From: Lytechinus pictus
Taxonomy: Eukaryota
Direction of reading: 5' to 3'
NCBI RefSeq assembly: GCF_037042905.1
Contig: NC_087251.1
Location: 21,206,001 to 21,270,000 of the forward strand
Length of the DNA stretch: 64,000 nt
A program made the translations under genes and the position numbers. Within the stretch, counting starts at the first letter, position 1. Every line of letters begins with the position of its first letter. Positions 9,429 to 22,248 of this stretch are shown here, piece by piece. The notes beneath the pieces are model-generated. The model was not told the origin of the DNA. It ran no database searches and saw nothing but the letters and a program-made list of their open reading frames with translations.

Positions 9429-12400
9429 ACTGCCTGAAAGACACTCAGACATTCGTTTTTACCACTTCATGTCGGTAGCTGATACCCCTCGGGGCCCACT
9501 TTTCAGGATGTGCAGTGATGCGAGAGACATTGTGCAACAACTGAAACCACCCATGCGTGAAATTGATTACAGCGTGTTTAAGGACATTTAGGACAGTTGT
9601 ACTGAGGTATTTCCAGAAATAAAACACCTTGTATAAAATCTTTATGTACGTTTTAAAAAGTGGTCCTTAACTTTTTTTGAGTAGTGTAATATGTTCAAAT
9701 AACTTATGTCAATATGATATTGAAGGAAACATGCATCACACAAATTAATTTAATGATAATGAAATGGAGAGTTTATCACCACCAAAAAAATGTTACAAAT
9801 CTATACTATTCTGTGCAGCTATTGTAAACTTGTTACTTTTTTATTAATATTGCTCATATAAGTGAATAATTGGAATATTGTGTTCTGACATAACAGTTTA
9901 ATAAAATATCTTATCTTGTCTTATCTTGATACTAATGCATAAGACACTAAAAGGCAAATCAGAAGTGGGTTGCTTACTGAACTTAAATAGCCCCCGCTTC
10001 TTCAAATGATCCTTGTGCAACAGGTATAATGACAATTCTTTCAAATGGCGCAGCAATGTAGATTATGGGAAACCACTCTCAAGTTAGTTTTCAGACTGAT
10101 ATGCATAGGCCTTTGGGACAATGCATCCCCCTTCCTTCCCTAGCCTTTGTCCCTCTGTCACTCTCCCCAAGGATGGAATCTTTAGAGCTATCCAATGTAC
10201 ATCATGTACCTAAACAATAAATACGATCAAATAAATTGATTTCTATTCATCATTTATGTCCATTTTGGTGCATTCAAGACAAGTTTGAAATGGAAAAATT
10301 CGATATTTTCAAGATTAAGTCTGTGACGTCAAGAAAACTTCAATGTCAAGAAATCTGAAATGAACAAAAGAGAATGGTTGAAAACTGATCTGCTTGAATT
10401 CATCCTGCAGCGCATGGAAGGATTCACATGGCAGTTCTGAAGTATGTACTGTACAGTCAACTCCCAGAGGACATTAGGAGGGAGTGCAACAGCATGGTAT
10501 CTAATTGCACCCAAGGCTGAACGCAAGAGACATGAGTCGCATTCAATGTGTCTACTTTACAAGAAAACAGGAGTTCAAGAACTCACATCACTTGGACATT
10601 CATGTATGCCTGCTACACACAGTAACTATACACCCTGACATTTTCACAGTGTTTCGTTTTATGAATAACAGGAGTTCACCATCATGAGTTCACAACAATT
10701 TTCAATTCAGTGTGTGGCTACAGCTACTACGCATGAAAGCTAAATGTTACATGAAAGCCATTTTTATTTATGACAGAACATAGAACCCCTGCAACTTTGA
10801 TATTGGCTTATTTTAATAGCAGATTACATAAATGTGTAAAAATAAAGTTGTGATGATGACACTTAATACTGGTTAAAGCATAAACTGGAGTATATAATTC
10901 ATCTTCACCCATGCAGTAGGAGCCATACAAAATACATCCATTTAAAATAAAGCTATACAATTTAATCTTAATCACTCTATTCTACTTCTCTCTCCCACTC
11001 TCTCTCTTTCTCATGTTGTATGATAGATCAGTGAGTTTTTTTCACAAGGAAAACTAAAATCAATGGAGTAATCAAAGTGTATTTGCCTGATTTTTGTTGT
11101 ACATATATCTTAGAGATATTATGATTCATTTGTAACATCATCAACTAAAATAACAACCAGACCAAATATCGAAAAAAGTACTATTTTGATATTGTAAAAA
11201 GAAAGCACAATATCAATGATTTATTAAGCTTGAGTCAAGACATGACAAAAAATGTTGAAGAAAGGAACAGGCATAAAGTGCATAAGAAATAAACTGACAG
11301 AATCAGAAAAAGAGACAGACAGAAAGAGAGATAGATAACAGATGGACAGTAAGGATATACAGATAGATAGATGCAGAGCAAAGATAGATAAAGAGACAGT
11401 GAAACAGAGACAATACAAACAGGAGAGACAAGATGAAATAAAGGAAAGAGAGGGGGATAGGACAAGACATAATTCATGAAGGCATTTAAAACCAAGGACA
11501 AAGCTTATACTGTACCTTCGTAAGGATACACAAATTATATTAGACTGGAAAAAATGATTTAAAAAAGAGATGACCTCTAAAAATCCAAGAGGGGATGGGT
11601 TGACAACAAACCCTATAATCAAAAGCAATAGAAAGAGGAGATAAGAAATGGACAGTGAATGATGGAGATATAGAAGAGCGAGCTAGGATATGGGAGAAGA
11701 TTGAATGTTACAAGTGTCTATAACAGCCAGAGGGTGATCTGCCAACCAGGAGCATCAAATAACAAAGCTTTCAAACTGACAAAGTGGAAAAAAACGCACC
11801 AGGGGCTGACGTCTCATTAATCGTCACATGGTCTCATCAACGGGAGAGTCTCAACTCCCATGACAGCCACATGGTGCGTCTGCCATGGCTAACTCTCAGG
11901 AAGGGTGCTGGTACATTATCCATGTGATCAGTCATGTGACACGATGCCGCTAAGGCCTTGAAATTCTCTCAATAAACATGAATAGCGCAGATTTAAAATT
12001 GAATAAAAAACCCTTTGTTCATGCTTAAAGAGACTTCACATTTGCTTTCCATAGACAAAGCTTCTTTTTGATCCACTTTCGGTATAATCAATTCTATTTG
12101 TTCTTTATAACATTTTAAATAATAAATTTGATGAAATTGACATCAAGACAATAGAAAATAAGAAGACAATTAGATGCATGATTTTATGATCAAATAAAAA
12201 AAAAATTGATAAGTAAATTTGATTTCCTCATCTAACTGTACAAGTAGTGAACAATAGCAATACACATTGAATGAATACACAGGTAGGCAGTGTTATTCCA
12301 CTATTGTTTACAATATTAGGAGGTCAAATTTAGTTTACAGACCTTTGTGTTTAATAGAAATTCAAAAGAGGGGAAAATCCCCACAGTATTTGATGGAGGG

Positions 12401-14316
12401 CTCGTTCAGTGGGATTATGGTAGATATTTTTGACAATGGAATGACCAAATAATGGATCGTTTTTCATGGATCAAACGTGTAATTTAATACATGTCATACC
12501 AATACTGATCATGGTGTCCAAAATCCTTCTCTTAGTTAAAGGATAAGGCTAGTCATGATTATCAATGTTATTGTTTTATCTGAAAAATGATGCAAAGGAT
12601 ATCATAAGCTTTATTTAGACCTCTAAAACAAAACATATTCAAACCTCTTATAAATATGCCTGCAAAGTGTAAAACTGTAAAACTTACCAAGCAATAAGAA
12701 GTAGATTAGCAAAGATAAAATCTGTACTTATATGTTTCATAAAAATATGTTAAATAACAAACAACTAGAAGGAACATTTTTTTCCCAGGTTAGCAAGACG
12801 AAGAATGAATTGAATCTGTTAGAAAGTGTGTGGGATAAAAGCAATAATTGCACAATGTAAATACAAAAGTTATTATGACATGGGTTAATGCCACTGCTTC
12901 AAAGAGAGAAAACATTTAAAAAGAGTGATTTTTATAATCATGTAAGACAGTGTGGTGATGGAATACAGCATATAACCAGTTGAGACTAATAAGTTAATTT
13001 ACAAGGAGAAGATCGCATGCTTGAAGGTAACATAAAGAAGAATGAGTAATGAAGATCCAAGAACAGAACGAAAAGCAATTAATGTAATGAGAAAGTCAAA
13101 TAGGAAACATTCTCGGTGTTTGTCATTGACTGAGAGAAATCGGCAATAATCTAATGAGCCGCAAAGGGAATGTGATTCGCAAGATCCTTTGAATCAAAGG
13201 TCTCATTATCCTCGCCCAGAGATAATACAATTAGGAGCTCCCCAAGGCCACAGTTCATTACAATACAATCTTGTTTGTGCATTATCTGAAGCTGCTCTTG
13301 GGAAAGCTTTTTACTTTGAATAAAAATTGCTTGGTGGAAAAAAGAGGGTTAGTGCAGGAAGTGATGGGTAGGGGGGAGATGCCTTTGTATAGGAAGGGGG
13401 TCTGAGAGAAGGAAGGGAAGGAATGGAGAAAGATATAAGATAAAGGGGGACAGGGAGAAACAGGAAATGAAGGAGAATGAAGAATACAAACATGACATAT
13501 GAATAGTACTGTTGTCTAAAAACAAGTAAAATAAAACATATCGACATCTACCTAAGATAGGCAATATCATCAAGGAGGCAACACGGAGAGGGGGGAGGAT
13601 TAAGACAGATAGGGGAGGTGGTGGGAGAAATGTGAGAGAGGTAGTGAGAGAAGTTGTGAATAGCCAAGTGGTAAAAAGCAAGAGAATTTACAATAATGAT
13701 GAGAACGCCCCAAAACACACACAATACGTTCACATCTACTTAAGATCTATACATGGATCTAATAAAGAACGTTCCAGAAAAGGGGGAACATTTAGTATAT
13801 AATAAAATCAATATAGATGGAAAGAAATGAGAAAAGTGAATTAACTTTAAGAGAAAGCAAGTGATCCCTGTATTAAAAATCATTGAAATAAAACTTCTTC
13901 ATCCACCTAAGATGTTGACTATCACAGTCAGAGCTCATTGCTACAAAATCAGTCAATCCTGGTTAGGTGATTCCTACTCAAGAAGCAGGAGTGGGAATGA
14001 TCTACCAATAAAGCAACTTCCATTACTCTTCTTATCCATGATTGGCCCGGTGAACCATCAAGAGTAACAAGAAGCAGCGTGAGTAGGCCAATCGGATTAT
14101 CCAGTCATGAGGATTAATGGGGCACCACCTGGAGTAGATTAACCGGCTGTCACAGACACTCCAGACGTGCTCTTCTCATTCTCCCTAATCTCTATCCCAA
14201 ATCTGATGCACCTTCACACTGCATCGCATTTCCTTCACTTTAAACGCTCCACTTTCAATGAACTGTTTATTAACCCTGTCGTTGCTGCAGGATGGAACAC
14301 CACACACGATGTCCAG

Positions 14317-15111
14317 GAGTGGTATTCTGAGATCCATTTTATCTCAGATAAAATAAAATATTTTATCTCCTTTAAAATCAGTGAGATAAAATACCCTTAA
14401 AATCTCTTTGAATTGGTATTCTGAGAACAATTTTATCTCTGTAAGATACACCTATTTTTTTATCATTATCCAATTAGAAACGCGCTTTTATAGCTTTCTC
14501 ATATCACTCAACCAATGGAAATCCATTCCGCTAGGAGGTGTGGCGAAGGAGTGAGATTGCGTCAATTTATTGACTTCAAATACGCTTGCGCGTCCTTTCA
14601 GAGATTTCTTTTTAACAAAACTGACAATACTCTCATCTTTTTTTCGAAGTCTATTTCGCATCTTTTCAAGCATCATTTCAAAGACAATATTAGTCAAGAA
14701 AAGTCGTATGAAATACTTCCCGATTGTACAGGAATAACTTTAAGGTGTTGTTCTCAATGAATATATCATTTTTCTTCATTTTCATGTCAACATTTGGAGT
14801 TACTTCACCTAGAAATATTGACGAAATCAACGTCGTGGAGATAAAATAGCCCCTACCCTCTTTTAAGTTAATTTTATTTTTTCTTCAAAGTAACTTAGGC
14901 GCAAGCACATCACCCGCGTTGCAATGGCCATATACGCGATGGGTATGTCTACGCAGCCTTCGTATCATCATAGATACGCAAGATAAAATTCATACGCAAG
15001 ATATAAAATATAATTTTATCTGAGAGATAAAATGTCATCTCAGAATACCAATTTCATTTTATGAAATAAAATAAAATATTTTAAAGATAAAATGACCTCA
15101 GAATACCACCC
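14317..15111. mobile_element. 795-bp MITE with CAG TSD (Harbinger-like)
   Basis: CAG|GAGTGGTATTCTGAG...CTCAGAATACCACCC|CAG, with internal repeats of the TIR core and many GATAAAAT/TTTTATCT motifs. Confidence 0.8.
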
Positions 15112-18071
15112 CAGAGCATTACTGCCATACCGGAATAGTGAGTTAGGCAGTTAAGACACAGCTTCAGACATTGCTTATCCTCCAGACATTGTATTATATC
15201 CAACAGAATATTGTGAGCTACCTTTTTATTATGTAAATCCTCCAAGATGAGTTTTCCTGAAAATCCTATTTTACCTCCTTTATTGAAATTGACTTTTCCA
15301 ACAAAACATATAAGTTCATATATACATGTAGGACCCATATTTGTCAGATATGACACTCTGTATTCAGATCTGGTTGATAGATTTTCCATGATGCAATGTT
15401 TTCTTTTCTTCAATTCTGCTTTAACTTAGATGTTTTCACTGTATTTTTAACGATTCATTTTTTAACCTGAAAATAGTTTTTCCCAGAATTCTTTGAATTA
15501 TGTATTCACCCTTGCCCCACACTGCAGAAAAAGGGGACTTTAAATTTGACCTTCCTATTCTCCTGTACAAAGGACATGAAACCAAAGTGAAAGCTCATAT
15601 CAATTTCTAACTATCCCTAAGGATGAGCTTTCAATACTTTATCTTGAGAATAAATTGATTTGACTGAAGAACTATAAAACATTTATAAAAGACGATTTTG
15701 CACATTCAATTGAAGAGTAAGAGCCTGTTTTACATTCATAACAGAAAGTTGATAAGGCTCTAACTTAATCACATCATCAAATGCATTGAAAGAGATGGCT
15801 TGTGGTGGCAGTGTCCATTCTCGTTTTTCTCTTTCATAATTAATGCTATCCTAAAAATGCTCATTATTTTTCATTCAATGATTACATTTTCACTAATATG
15901 CTTGTTTGATTTATGTCTGTTTGTTAAAATTAACTCAACATCAGGATGAAGTACTCCCTTTAAATTTATCGATCTTGAATTTGAGAGAGCCACCCCTCAT
16001 TATGACATTTTTTTTTTTTAAGCAATACAGCACAAAAATGAGTCATGGCACTCATTAGGTATATCAGATGGATCTGCTCATTATCACTTTATGATCTGCA
16101 GTAAATGTTAGCTCTAAATCTCATCTCTGTAAATGGCGAAATTATGGATAAATGCTGAATGCATTCTCTCAAGCCTGTAAATATCCAAGATAATGAGTAA
16201 ACGTTGAATGCCAACAATAAAAAAACCTGTATCAATCATCTAAAATGGAATTGATTAAAAGCTGAGATATGAGTGTAATGAAATGAAAATGTGAAATTAT
16301 TAATTTGTATTGAATAATTAGGGTACTCCATAAAAAGGACAAGGAAGATGATACTGTTAATTGCGATGTCAACAACTGTTAGATCCCTAGACACATCAAT
16401 TGCATTGCTTGATACAACGATGCAATATCATACTCATCCATGAGAGAATTTAATATCTACGAGACTATTATCAGTAGTCAGTACGATGAACTCAATCTTG
16501 ACAGGAATTAAATAGAAAATCTGGGCGATTGTTTCAAATGGAGCACATCTCATTTCGCGCTTCATTTTACCTCTTCACCACATTCTGTTCAAGAGTCATT
16601 ATATATCACGGTTTTAAATGACAGGTAATGCTTTCTCACATGAGAGTAAATGTCTGGAAAGATGTTGAAAGAGTGATTGAGAAAAGAGGCAGTCATTGCT
16701 ACGACACGAAGACCCAAAGACGGCTCGGCAGAATGAGGTGCCCTTGTACTTGCCACCTGACGTCAAATCTCACAAATTACTTGGCTGCAAGCGGAAATTG
16801 TCCTGTTGAAAGACACCTCGCGTAATTCAACGCTTGGCTCCCTTGATGAGACCATGTTAAGACAATCGAACACAACCAAGTGCTACCAAGATGTAGTCTG
16901 TTCTTACAGACTCCATTCTGATCAATCTGTTGATTTTCTGCTGACCACTAATCCCAAGAAACATGCACCAGTGTTTTCTCACTAGCCAAATTCATGCCAC
17001 CTAATATGTAACTTACATTTTTCAAGAGAACTTTGGAAAAAAATACCGAAATATTAAAGTGAAAAAGCATACCGCTAATTATAAAAAATCATTTAAAAAA
17101 GAGACCTGATGAAAATTCATATTTTTTCTTGGCCACTAAGCTTCGTGTCTGCAATAAAAAGCAGAATTTTCAGCAGTCAGCATGAATCTGCGGTCTCTTC
17201 GTATCATGAAGACAGATCTTTCCAAGTATTAGAAAAGACAGCTCTCTTCTTTCTTTGTTCTGTGAGTGTCAAATGTATGTCAAGTTGAAAGCAGGAAGTC
17301 TAAGTCATTCTGCCCTAGAGCTTTTTGTATAATGTTACATGTTACATAAACATAGAAATGCATGAAGTTTCGAAGGGGAGTTTCACTTTTATGTAATTCA
17401 ATCCAGCCTTACAATTTACAGAAATAATTTTGCCTATACCACTGAAGATTTCATTTTGTAACTAAAAATATAATGACAGAAGTAAAATGAAATACTAGTA
17501 TAGAATATTCTATTAAATCAGTACTTAAAAGGGGGAGGCTGACAAATTTACATGTACATCTACATTGGGACAGAAGATATCATACATTATCATCTATATA
17601 CAGTGTTTTAGCGATGCATTAAAAACACATATTTTGGTCTTCATCAATTTCACGTGCAGTATCAGAGCGTTTCCCTAAAAAGGACCCAAATCTGATGAAT
17701 ATCCCATAGGCTCCTGTACAAAATTTGCCACTGAATATGAGACCATATTTAACAGTCTAGTGCGCATGTGCAAAAGATACAACGCATACAACAATGAAAC
17801 TAATGTGATGCGCAGCATAGAGCACAACTACGCTCGATGATGTCATAATGACTACATGCAAGTCCCATGTCAATGACCAAATTAAATCCTATGAAATGAT
17901 GATGCCATAATGTGATAAGTGATATGACTTGTTCAATCAAATTTTCCCTCTTTTTTGGGGGGGTGGGGTGGGATGGAAGATAATTATATTGGAAGGCTTT
18001 ATTTCATGGAATACCAGAAATATTCCAGTCCTTAGGGCCAATATAATATAATTATTTTGAAAACTAATAAA

Positions 18072-18661
18072 AGGAATGGTCCAGGCTGAAAATATTTATA
18101 TCTAAATAGAGTAAAATTCACAGAGCAAAATGCTGAAAATTTCATCAACATTGGATAACAAATAACAAAGTTATTGAATGTTAAAATTTATCAATATTTT
18201 GTGAAAATAGTTATATGCACATCGTCATGAATATTCATTAGGTGGACTGATGTCACATCCCCACTTTCCTTTTTCTTATGTTATTTCATGAAATAATAAA
18301 TGTTTCATTTTTCATATATGTGTAAATGATGTGTCTCCGTTATGATGAAATAAGTTGCGGCAATAAATAACTAATGCAATTAATCAGTTGTTAATCCAAT
18401 TGTTTTAGTTCTTGGTAGAAAAATTTTGAATAAACCTAATTTCATATACATGTAATAAAATACAAAAGAACAAGTGGGGATATGACATCATCAGCCCACC
18501 TAATGAATATTCATGAAGACATGCCTAGAACTGTTTCACCGGAATAATGCAAATCTTTAAAATTCAATAACTTTGTTATTTATCAGAATTTTATCAAATT
18601 TTAGGCATTTTGCTTTGTGAATTTTATTGAGATAAAAACATCTCCAGCCTGGACCATCCCT
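18072..18661. mobile_element. Kolobok-like MITE with long imperfect TIRs
   Basis: AGGAATGGTCCAGGCTG...CAGCCTGGACCATCCCT|TTAA. Related to 3037-3334. Confidence 0.75.
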
Positions 18662-18864
18662 TTAAGGCTTAACGACAATATGCTGCCAGAGAGAGTGGCC
18701 TCTCCCCTACCTATCCCTTTTTTAACATAAAATGTATGCATGTATACGCTCATACTACAGATATATGTTTTACTTCTATTTTGTGAAAAGAAAACAAAAT
18801 ATATTAGAGATTTCTAGCATTGTTTTGTGAATGGTATTAATGCAAAATTATCTCTGTACCATAG

Positions 18865-19035
18865 GGGCCCGTTTCCTAAAGCTGTTCGTAAGTTACGAAT
18901 GACTTTACGCATGACTGGTGACCCTTTCTTGTGCTATATGATATATCCCTATGTAGCTGACTTATGGATAAGAACATGTTCTAGTCATTCGCAAAGTTGT
19001 GCGTAACTTTACGAACAGCTTTATGAAACACCACC
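18865..19035. mobile_element. Short MITE, related to 51691-51876
   Basis: AAAGCTGTTCGTAAG / ACGAACAGCTTTATGAAAC inverted ends. The 51691-51876 copy has a CTG TSD. Confidence 0.7.
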
Positions 19036-20069
19036 CAGGGTGAATGACACTGACAACAGCAATGACAAAGGACTATAAAAATGATGAGGATGATGATGGC
19101 AATTATATTGCCAATGAAAGAGGCAATGACAATGAAATGACACAGATTAAGAATATTGTACCAAGCCGCCAACATCAACCTCATGAAGTTGTTGGGCATA
19201 GAAATGAATACAGCATCACAGTACTGTAGGCACTGGCACCAGTTACATTAGCTGAATATCACTAACAAGGTAAATAGTTTTTTTTTTCAAAAAAATGTCT
19301 TAATTTGTAGACTAAGCTGCTTTACCAGTTTGGTAAAAGCGTTTTGTAAAACTGGAGCAAGAGAAAATAGAATTTTGCTAAAGTGCATCTCAATTCCCTG
19401 CTTCCTCCTTTACAAGGCATAAAGAGACATGAATTTTGGGTCACAGAAAATGATCTCATTAAAAAGGGAAGAAAATGGAGTCCAAACACATACAATTAGA
19501 AGTGAAGGAGGGAAGGGTACCCAAGGGGACTGGATGAAGTCAATTTGAAAACAATCCCCTTAAGTCTTCAGACCTGGTTCATTGGTAACCGGGGAAAATA
19601 TGTGATTAAAAAACGTAAAAGACATAAAACCTTCACAAGAATTATTAGTACCCATAGAGTGAATTTGAAGACCAAATTCAATAACTCGTAGATTGTAGCC
19701 GTCTATGGTGCTCTTAAGATTTTATGAAAATTTGTGGATGTACGACATCAGTCAACTCTATTTCTAATTTGTCTAATGTATGAATGCTTGAAAGATACTA
19801 AATATCTTAAATCACACGAGACTGCATAACTCACCATTAGCTTAGGATCTAGACTAGGAGTGAATTTAACCCTATCTAGCACGGGGAGGGGGTGCAGGTT
19901 ATTTTTAGCCCCCCATCAACATTTTTTATGATAACTCTGTAATGCAAAATAATGCGCCACAAGGTTTCATGACTTATTGCTCGCTGCAAAACTATATGGA
20001 TATATACAAGAGTTAAACACACAGTAAGTCAAGAAAATTGGGTGAAGGAACAGGAAGTTGAATACTTAC

Positions 20070-20156
20070 AACGGTTAGCATATTATATCCTGATCTTGAA
20101 AGAAGATTTCCGATGTCTTGCATATCAGCAAAAGGTGATATATGAGGTGCAAACCC
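20070..20156 (-). CDS. NDUFAF5: NDUFAF5 internal coding exon (87 bp): GFAPHISPFADMQDIGNLLSRSGYNMLTV
   Basis: Acceptor tttttgcAG, donor GTT|GTAAGT, phase 0/0. Continues the family motif GFxPHISPF...DxGxLLxRxGxNxLTV. Confidence 0.95.
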
Positions 20157-20230
20157 CTGCAAAAATCACAATAAACATTAATAGGAAAGGACATTGAGGA
20201 AATGAAGGGAAAATATCTACATCTACCTCA

Positions 20231-20483
20231 CCGGTGTGTTGGCTCAGTTGGTAGAGCGTCCGTCTCACAACCGGGAGGTCGGGGGTTCAAACCCCAGCCG
20301 CGTCAGACCAAAAGACGTTAAAAGATGGGAGTTGCTGCTACCCTGTTTGGCGTTCAAGGGATAGAGCCTCATTGATCTGGCGCTGCACAGTGGCTGCCGG
20401 GCCCACGATCAATTGGGCAAAGCAAATTTTCGGAGTATTTCATTTCATGTCTATTTCGAATAATAAATTATGGATTTTCATTT
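20231..20483 (+). mobile_element. tRNA-derived SINE
   Basis: A box TGGCTCAGTTGG, B box GGTTCAAACC, a CAC anticodon-like loop, a non-tRNA body and an AT-rich tail. Confidence 0.85.
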
Positions 20484-21131
20484 TATAAATAAGGAGTAAC
20501 CCCTTAATCTATTTACTGTCACAATATGATGTTATGACAACCATTGACCACAAAAAATACAAGAAATCTTTCTTGTTTGGACTGCTAAGTTTCAACAGAT
20601 GTAGCAGAGAAAGCACATCCCATGCACAAGTAAACTTGCAACTTCACACTGTTATAAATATCTTTTAAATCTCTCCCTAAATTCCTCTACATTAAAATCA
20701 AATGGTTAGATTTGATTCAACTGATTTAATTTTGCAATGGTATATTTAAAACTTTGATCTGTCCACAAATCTTAGCAATTATTTGACCATCTTATTAAGG
20801 GTGATGAGTTGAGCAGTGACAACTTGGCCAAAGTAAGAGCGACGTCTTTCACAAAGAAATTTTTCAAGCATAGTTGCATCGCAAATCCTCACATTTCAAC
20901 ATAAATAAAACAATGTGAAACACAGGAATACAGAAAAACTGCAGTGAAAGATTAACAGCACTTTTGATTCATGCTAAAAAGTCTAAAGGCTAATTCCAGA
21001 ATGCGAGAATTGGCGATGAAATGATGCTTCCTTTATTCCTGCAGATGCGCCTCTGCCTTTTCATTTGGTAAGGTAACTTACCTAGCCACCCCCAGAAAAT
21101 AAATTGAAAAAAAAAAAAGCTGTTAGCTTAC

Positions 21132-21242
21132 CCCTTCTCTCTCTAGTTCAGCCAGCTGCAATGAACACCTCAGCTCAAAGAGAGTATCCCCTCCAAATAT
21201 AGCTCCAATGAATGCTCCATCTTTCTTCAATGCTGTGTGGAT
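21132..21242 (-). CDS. NDUFAF5: NDUFAF5 internal coding exon (111 bp): [37 protein letters not shown]
   Basis: Acceptor caacAG, donor GGG|GTAAGC, phase 0/0. Matches the family motif [21 protein letters not shown]. Confidence 0.96.
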
Positions 21243-21418
21243 CTGTTGAGATAGGGGGGTATGGGGGAAAGGAAGACAAAAGGCCATTATGTAATATTTG
21301 CAACATTAAAATTTGCTTGTTATTTGATCATAAAATTGAGAATTACCCAGGTTGTGTGGATTTTCATCAATGAACTTTGAATCTGAATGTGGATCTGTAA
21401 AAAGAAAATGGTAAAAAG

Positions 21419-22248
21419 ACAAGGCAAAAGCGATTTTGTGTCTCGCCCACTTATGAAAATAACCAGAAATATTGTGACTTGCGAACGTACGCAACAGAAT
21501 TGTATCGAAACTTCATTGTGAAATGAATGGGATGGAATAACACTTGTCATAAGAGCCTTGCACGTAAACTTTACCGTTGACCTGAAAATGACCTTTGACC
21601 TTACCATGTGACCTCCGACTGCAGCATAACATGCAGGTCCCCCAAGTCCATCTACCATCCAAGTTTGGTTGAAAAGCGACTTACGGTTGCGGAGTTAGGT
21701 GTCATAAGAGAGTCTTGTATGTAAACTTTAAAGTTGACCTGAAAATGACCTTTGACATTACCATGTGACCTCCGACTGCAGCATAACATGCACGTCCCCC
21801 AAGTCCATCTACCATCCAAGTTTGGTTGAAAAGTGACTTACGGTTGCGGACTTAGGTGTCAAGAGAGTCTTGCATGTAAACTTTAACATTGACCTGAAAA
21901 TGACCTTTGACCTTACCATGTGACCTCCGACTGCAGCATAACATGCAGGTCCCCCAAGTCCATCTACCATCCAAGTTTGGTTGAAAAGTGACTTACGGTT
22001 GCGGAGTTAGGTGTCATAAGAGTCTTGCATGTAAACGTTGACCTGAAAATGACCTTTGACCTTACCATGTGACCTCTGACTGCAGCATAACATGCAGGTC
22101 CCCCAAGTCCATCTACCATCCAAGTTTGGTTGAAAAGCGACTTACGGTTGTGGAGTTATGTGTCATAAGGTTTGTGACGGACGGACGGCGGACGGATGAC
22201 ATTTGGATCCCTAAGTCTCGCCTTCACCTCTGGTGGGCGAGACAAAAA
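21419..22248 (-). mobile_element. Helentron-associated (HINE/DINE-1-like) element with 4 tandem units of about 155 bp
   Basis: SubTIR TGTCTCGCCCAC/GTGGGCGAGACA, terminal hairpin GTCTCGCC...GGCGAGAC, a (GACG)n microsatellite and A-rich flanks. Units at about 21576, 21733, 21888 and 22037. Confidence 0.8.

Larger units (their letters stand above)
4625..9686. mobile_element. Tc1/mariner fold-back complex (three 3' ends, no 5' end), TA-flanked
   Basis: Starts TA|CACTACTCAAAAAAAGTTAAGGACCAC at 4625 and ends GAGTAGTG|TA at 9686, with a third identical end at 6749. 4625-6725 is the reverse complement of about 7586-9686, and 6724-8003 is the reverse complement of 8432-9711. Confidence 0.95.

Noticed and set aside
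4684..9627. Overlapping 60-199 aa ORFs repeated three times
   Set aside because: They are antisense or alternative frames of the transposase arms and recur only because the DNA is duplicated.
4625..9686. Three independent Tc1 insertions
   Set aside because: There are no 5' ends, the arm/loop breakpoint is identical in both orientations, and 25 bp of flank is duplicated, which indicates rearrangement of one locus.
11224..13733. Hydrophobic or Pro/Ser/Leu-rich ORFs (also 22156-22545, 38011-38244, 56718-56969)
   Set aside because: They are translations of purine/pyrimidine low-complexity tracts. Only 40 bp of 38011-38244 is a real exon.
20231..20302. tRNA-Val gene
   Set aside because: The acceptor stem does not pair properly, there is no terminator, and it continues into a SINE body.
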